This document shows, piece by piece, positions 63,746-64,000 of a stretch of DNA of 64,000 nt. The translations under genes were made by a program, and so were the position numbers. The notes beneath the pieces are model-generated. The model had not been told where the DNA came from. It did no database searches and worked only from the letters and a program-made list of their open reading frames with translations. How positions within the stretch are numbered: the stretch's first letter is position 1; the number at the start of each line of letters is the position of its first letter. The stretch is from Felis catus (Eukaryota), in assembly GCF_018350175.1 (NCBI RefSeq), contig NC_058368.1, positions 54,500,001 to 54,564,000 of the forward strand, read 5' to 3'.

Positions 63746-64000
63746 TCTATTATATCTTACATGTCTCTTCCTATATGTATCATATATATTATACATTTTA
63801 TAAGTACATATGCTGGTTAATAATGATGTATACATGTATTTATTTTCTACATATTCTAACCATACTCCTGATTTTCTCTTTTCTCCAAGAATTATTTGAG
63901 GATGGGTTAATGTTTATAACTGACTTAGCTTTGTTAATATATAATTTTATATTATATATAGAAAATATGTTTGCATTATGAATTTATCACAGCGTATTTT

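Overview
This is AT-rich, repeat-dense mammalian genomic DNA from a felid. The assignment rests on abundant tRNA-derived carnivore SINEs with feline (SINEC_Fc-type) heads and tails, and on a cat-type L1 3' end. I recognise no host protein-coding exon, tRNA or rRNA gene. Every interpretable ORF in the track is an L1 ORF1p/ORF2p remnant, a SINE read-through or a microsatellite artefact, so the window looks intergenic or deep intronic. It holds about 26 Can-SINE copies or fragments (many with visible target-site duplications, TSDs), several old L1/HAL1 pieces, MIR, L2 and probable L3/CR1 relics, two solo LTRs, hAT MITE remnants and many microsatellites. I find no support for a new protein-based system. 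The most interesting signals are rearrangement scars readable from the sequence: (1) two young, ~97% identical tail-to-tail SINEs at 19690-20179 whose inner TSD copies are swapped and reverse-complemented, the signature of a SINE-mediated micro-inversion; (2) two fused inverted SINE heads at 8156-8381 that lost both tails and an estimated ~0.5 kb of host L1; (3) several small templated-insertion or palindrome scars (26186, 32018, 34301, 37517) and a perfect 38-bp tandem duplication (25414); (4) an L1 that keeps both ends but lacks ORF1 and the RT. Repeat family names are from recalled consensus sequences, not a database search, and old-element boundaries are approximate.
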